DNA of 54,459 nucleotides from Perkinsus olseni (Eukaryota): NCBI GenBank assembly GCA_013115125.1, contig JABANN010000195.1, positions 1 to 54,459 of the forward strand, read 5' to 3'. Shown piece by piece: positions 51,359 to 54,459 of this stretch (position 1 is its first letter; each line of letters starts with the position of its first letter). The notes under the pieces were generated by a model. It saw only the letters and a program-made list of their open reading frames with translations, ran no database searches and was not told where the DNA came from. The position numbers and the translations under genes were made by a program.

Positions 51359-52924
51359 CTATACAATAATATTCACCCACGCGGTCAAGAATACCTCCGA
51401 CTTGAAAGACCACACATTCGGCTGGTTGTCAAGTGTGTTCCCCTTGATGTTAATCCCAGTACCAGCGCCAGCGATGAGCAGGGATACGCTCGTACCTATC
51501 TCGCCGTAAGCCGTGATATCGTTGTTGGGAGCGGCTGTGATACCAATTTTCGCATATATCGTACAGTCCATGATGCTTCCAACTTCGGGAAGATTCACAT
51601 TAAATGAAACCGATACTCGTATTTGAGCTGTGAATATCTCCTTCTCCGTATCATCTGAGACCTGGCCGTCCACCGTGACGTCGATGCTTAGACTGACTCC
51701 CGCGCCCATCTGCCACACCGTAGCTGTCCCCATGGCCACAACCCCCAGCCTCATAACATGCTGTCCTTGACTCTTGCCGATGACAACCGTGATGAACAGG
51801 AGGGCCTGCTTGCTCTTATTATTCACATCAACGAACGTCAGCCCAGCCTCAAGCGAGTAGGTTGACATAGTTGCATCCACAGCGACGAAGAGGCAGAAGT
51901 TCAGGGTAGACGTCCCACCGGTCTTGTTGCAATTGCTAGGGAACTCAAATTTGAGCAGTTGAAGGAGGCGCCTGTCATATTGGTGGTGGAAGAACGTATA
52001 AGCCGCGCTGCCTTCGGCGATGTCGAAGTACGAGATGATATCCTGGTTTGCTGTAGCTCCACGCATCATCCTCCCAGAGGGTGTCCAATCGACCTCTTGG
52101 CCGTCTCCAAAGAACTCCCGCTCGGCCTCACAGACGTAGGGAGCAGCTAGCAGGTCTTCACATACTTTGGGAACATTCTGGGCCTCTCCAACAGATAACA
52201 TGCGAGACTTGATGCCATACATTTCGTACATCACTTGAATGCTGTCCCCCACAGTCAGTGTTTCATCCAAAACACGGTAGTTAGAGTACTCTGTCACTCG
52301 CAAGGCCTTATTGCAGATCGAGTTAGACCCCACCAGCTTCACAGGTCTCGAGTCATTAGAGTCGGTAAAGAACGTCCAGACATCAGGGTACATGCAAGTC
52401 CGATAAACAGCCGTGTAATTGAAGCGAGAGGTCTTATCGAGGCCCTGTGGGCCACGCTTGGTCCACCTGTGCAGCGTCTTGCCGTCGAGATTGGTCATGC
52501 CTTCGTCAGTCCAACCATCTTGTTTCATCCCAGAACCGTAAAGACGATGCGCTTCGAACTCGGGCGTGCTGTCGACGAGGGCGATGGCTTGGTGGTTGTA
52601 CAGCTGATGAAGTTTGACGTTCTTCGGAGTCTCGATGTACATGAAATACTGATAGGGGCGGCTTGGTATAGCTTTGACCCTCACGTTGCCGTCTTTAGTA
52701 ATAATGATATGCTCCCTTGTAGTAAGCGAACCATCTTCCATACCAGGCAACGTCAGCCCGAAAGTCTCTCTAGCTCGAGATATGCCACAGGGAACGGGAT
52801 TGCCATGAGCGTCCTTCACATCTCTATTGCAAAGGTTCGTCGTCGTGGCATGGAAGACCGCCGCCCTACCCGTGAACTCCGAGCGGGCAGCGTGAATGAT
52901 GCATAGAATAGTTAGTCGGATCAT
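51359..52924 (-). CDS. Intronless 521-aa secreted hypothetical protein with a beta-strand-rich C-terminal region
   Basis: Long ORF with signal-like MIRLTILCIIHAARS and an alternating hydrophobic pattern in the C-terminal third. Confidence 0.8.
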   Translation of the reverse strand: MIRLTILCIIHAARSEFTGRAAVFHATTTNLCNRDVKDAHGNPVPCGISRARETFGLTLPGMEDGSLTTREHIIITKDGNVRVKAIPSRPYQYFMYIETPKNVKLHQLYNHQAIALVDSTPEFEAHRLYGSGMKQDGWTDEGMTNLDGKTLHRWTKRGPQGLDKTSRFNYTAVYRTCMYPDVWTFFTDSNDSRPVKLVGSNSICNKALRVTEYSNYRVLDETLTVGDSIQVMYEMYGIKSRMLSVGEAQNVPKVCEDLLAAPYVCEAEREFFGDGQEVDWTPSGRMMRGATANQDIISYFDIAEGSAAYTFFHHQYDRRLLQLLKFEFPSNCNKTGGTSTLNFCLFVAVDATMSTYSLEAGLTFVDVNNKSKQALLFITVVIGKSQGQHVMRLGVVAMGTATVWQMGAGVSLSIDVTVDGQVSDDTEKEIFTAQIRVSVSFNVNLPEVGSIMDCTIYAKIGITAAPNNDITAYGEIGTSVSLLIAGAGTGINIKGNTLDNQPNVWSFKSEVFLTAWVNIIV

Positions 52925-54459
52925 TGCGACTGGTCAAGACTCAATAACTGGGAAGGTTTAACCCCTCTGGAACATGATGGGAGTATTCCGTGAGGAAAAT
53001 TCCCTCTGAAAAACGCTCAAGGGAACTGGCAAAACAGCGTAGTCCTACGCTAGCGGCTAGCCAGAAGACGACTTCCCTGCTAGCCGCTGCGACAGGACGT
53101 TTTCAGTTGCTCGCTGTCTCCGATCCAAGACTATACCCAATGCTGCTCCAGTGAACCGAATAACTCGCACAATATAGTCGAACAGTGGGCTCTTGCGAAT
53201 CAGGCTCGTGGTCAGATCGATTAAGACAAATGCACGGTCTGTTTGATCACAGTTTCACGAGGAAGTTCCTTTCTGAAAGGTGACGGCGACGGCTCGGGAC
53301 CTGTCCCATGCCCTGTTCGAATCCGTCGTTGTTGCATGATTGCTCAGGATTGTTCCGGCACAATTCCTCGCAGCCATCGTGTGCATCGTCCTTGGTCTTG
53401 CAGATGTCCACTGAGGGCCAGGGTATTATCGCTCCATAGTCATTGTGGAGATCTGGAGCCCTTGGAACCCTGAGAACTTTCGGCTTGTCAGATAGAACTC
53501 ATTATCAGATGATACAGGCCTAGCGCCTAGGCTTCTAGAAGCGCGCAACCTATGGTACGGTCCTAGGCTAGAATCGGCTAAGACTCCTAGCCGTCCGACC
53601 AATCCGATAAGACATCAGTGGCTTCGTATCATACCAGCCGTACAGTGTGGACAATACGAAAAGTAGTTTGGTGGCTGCTCCGAAAAGATGAACCAGAATG
53701 AGTTCCTCGACGCCAACGTCTTGCCGATCTTGGAAGAGGCAACCGAAGGCATTCGAGGCCTGCCGGCAGTGCCGAGCATACCATGTTTTCCTCTTCAGCA
53801 TTACAAGGGAGAACGGCAGGGTACTTCACGGCCTCTCAACGGTGCTGAAATTCCCAGCCTGAATTTCAGGCCAATTTTTCTTGCGGTGCTTTTCAGGCCC
53901 TGAAAGGCACCGCAAGAAAATTGGCAATGCAAGACTTATTGCAATTTCCCTACCCACTGGTTCGGAAGCAAAATTGCATAAGATAACCAATCTAAGCAAC
54001 TGAAAACTATGTACGGAAACTCGCGCTAACCCATGGCATGGATTCCATGCTGGTTATGCAAATTCGAGCCATACCGCCTATCCTATGCTAATTGGGCAGA
54101 TTAAATCGGCTATGCCATGCAGCCCGAGCCCTGTGCGCTCAGATTCACACGCTACTTAGGAAGGAAGGACAACGGATTCAGTGATAATCATTCGGAATCA
54201 TTCCGAAGTTCGGAATCCGAACCACACTGGGGCCTAGCGACTAGGTGTATAATACACCGTGTATTGATTAGCATTGCTCATTTGCAACACGGCACACTTG
54301 GGAATAAAACAGTTCTCCGAGGGGCCCTTTCCTTGAAAATGTTACACGTTCGCTGGGAGATTAACGGGCTGTTCAGTAAAAGACCTATAAACCAGTCCCA
54401 GGATCGATCTTGAGGATTGATTTTGAAGATCGATCTTGAAAACGTGTTCAGGGAAGTCG

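Noticed and set aside
52235-52906. 223-aa plus-strand ORF
   Set aside because: Antisense shadow of the 521-aa gene.

Overview
Eukaryotic, intron-rich genomic DNA with many ~45-110 nt GT-AG introns. It most resembles an alveolate such as Perkinsus; this is inferred from gene content and style, not from a database hit. The left ~34 kb is gene-dense: a helical-repeat protein, a secreted histidine acid phosphatase, an RRM protein, a GT31 glycosyltransferase, a ~12.7 kb ATG2 gene, SNRNP27, a CAMK-type kinase, two V-ATPase c-subunit genes and three tRNA genes. The right ~20 kb is accessory: LTR-retrotransposon and hAT-like debris, a 5'-truncated AIP1/WDR1 gene, a cathepsin L gene and intronless secreted-protein genes. 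The most striking unexplained signal is in the introns. Two complete tRNA genes sit in ATG2 introns, and one of them fills its intron almost exactly. Six further sites in or next to predicted introns of four unrelated genes carry only a tRNA 3'-half (AGGTC, B-box, often a T-run). Many other introns carry one of three recurrent, orientation-independent 15-20 bp words (GCGCCACGAAATT, CGTTGAGGAAATGCAAGA, GAGTATCTTAGGTCGA). Together these suggest introns used as carriers of DNA-level sites, or introns born from tRNA/SINE-like insertions. Exon structures were assembled by eye, so gene ends are approximate where stated.
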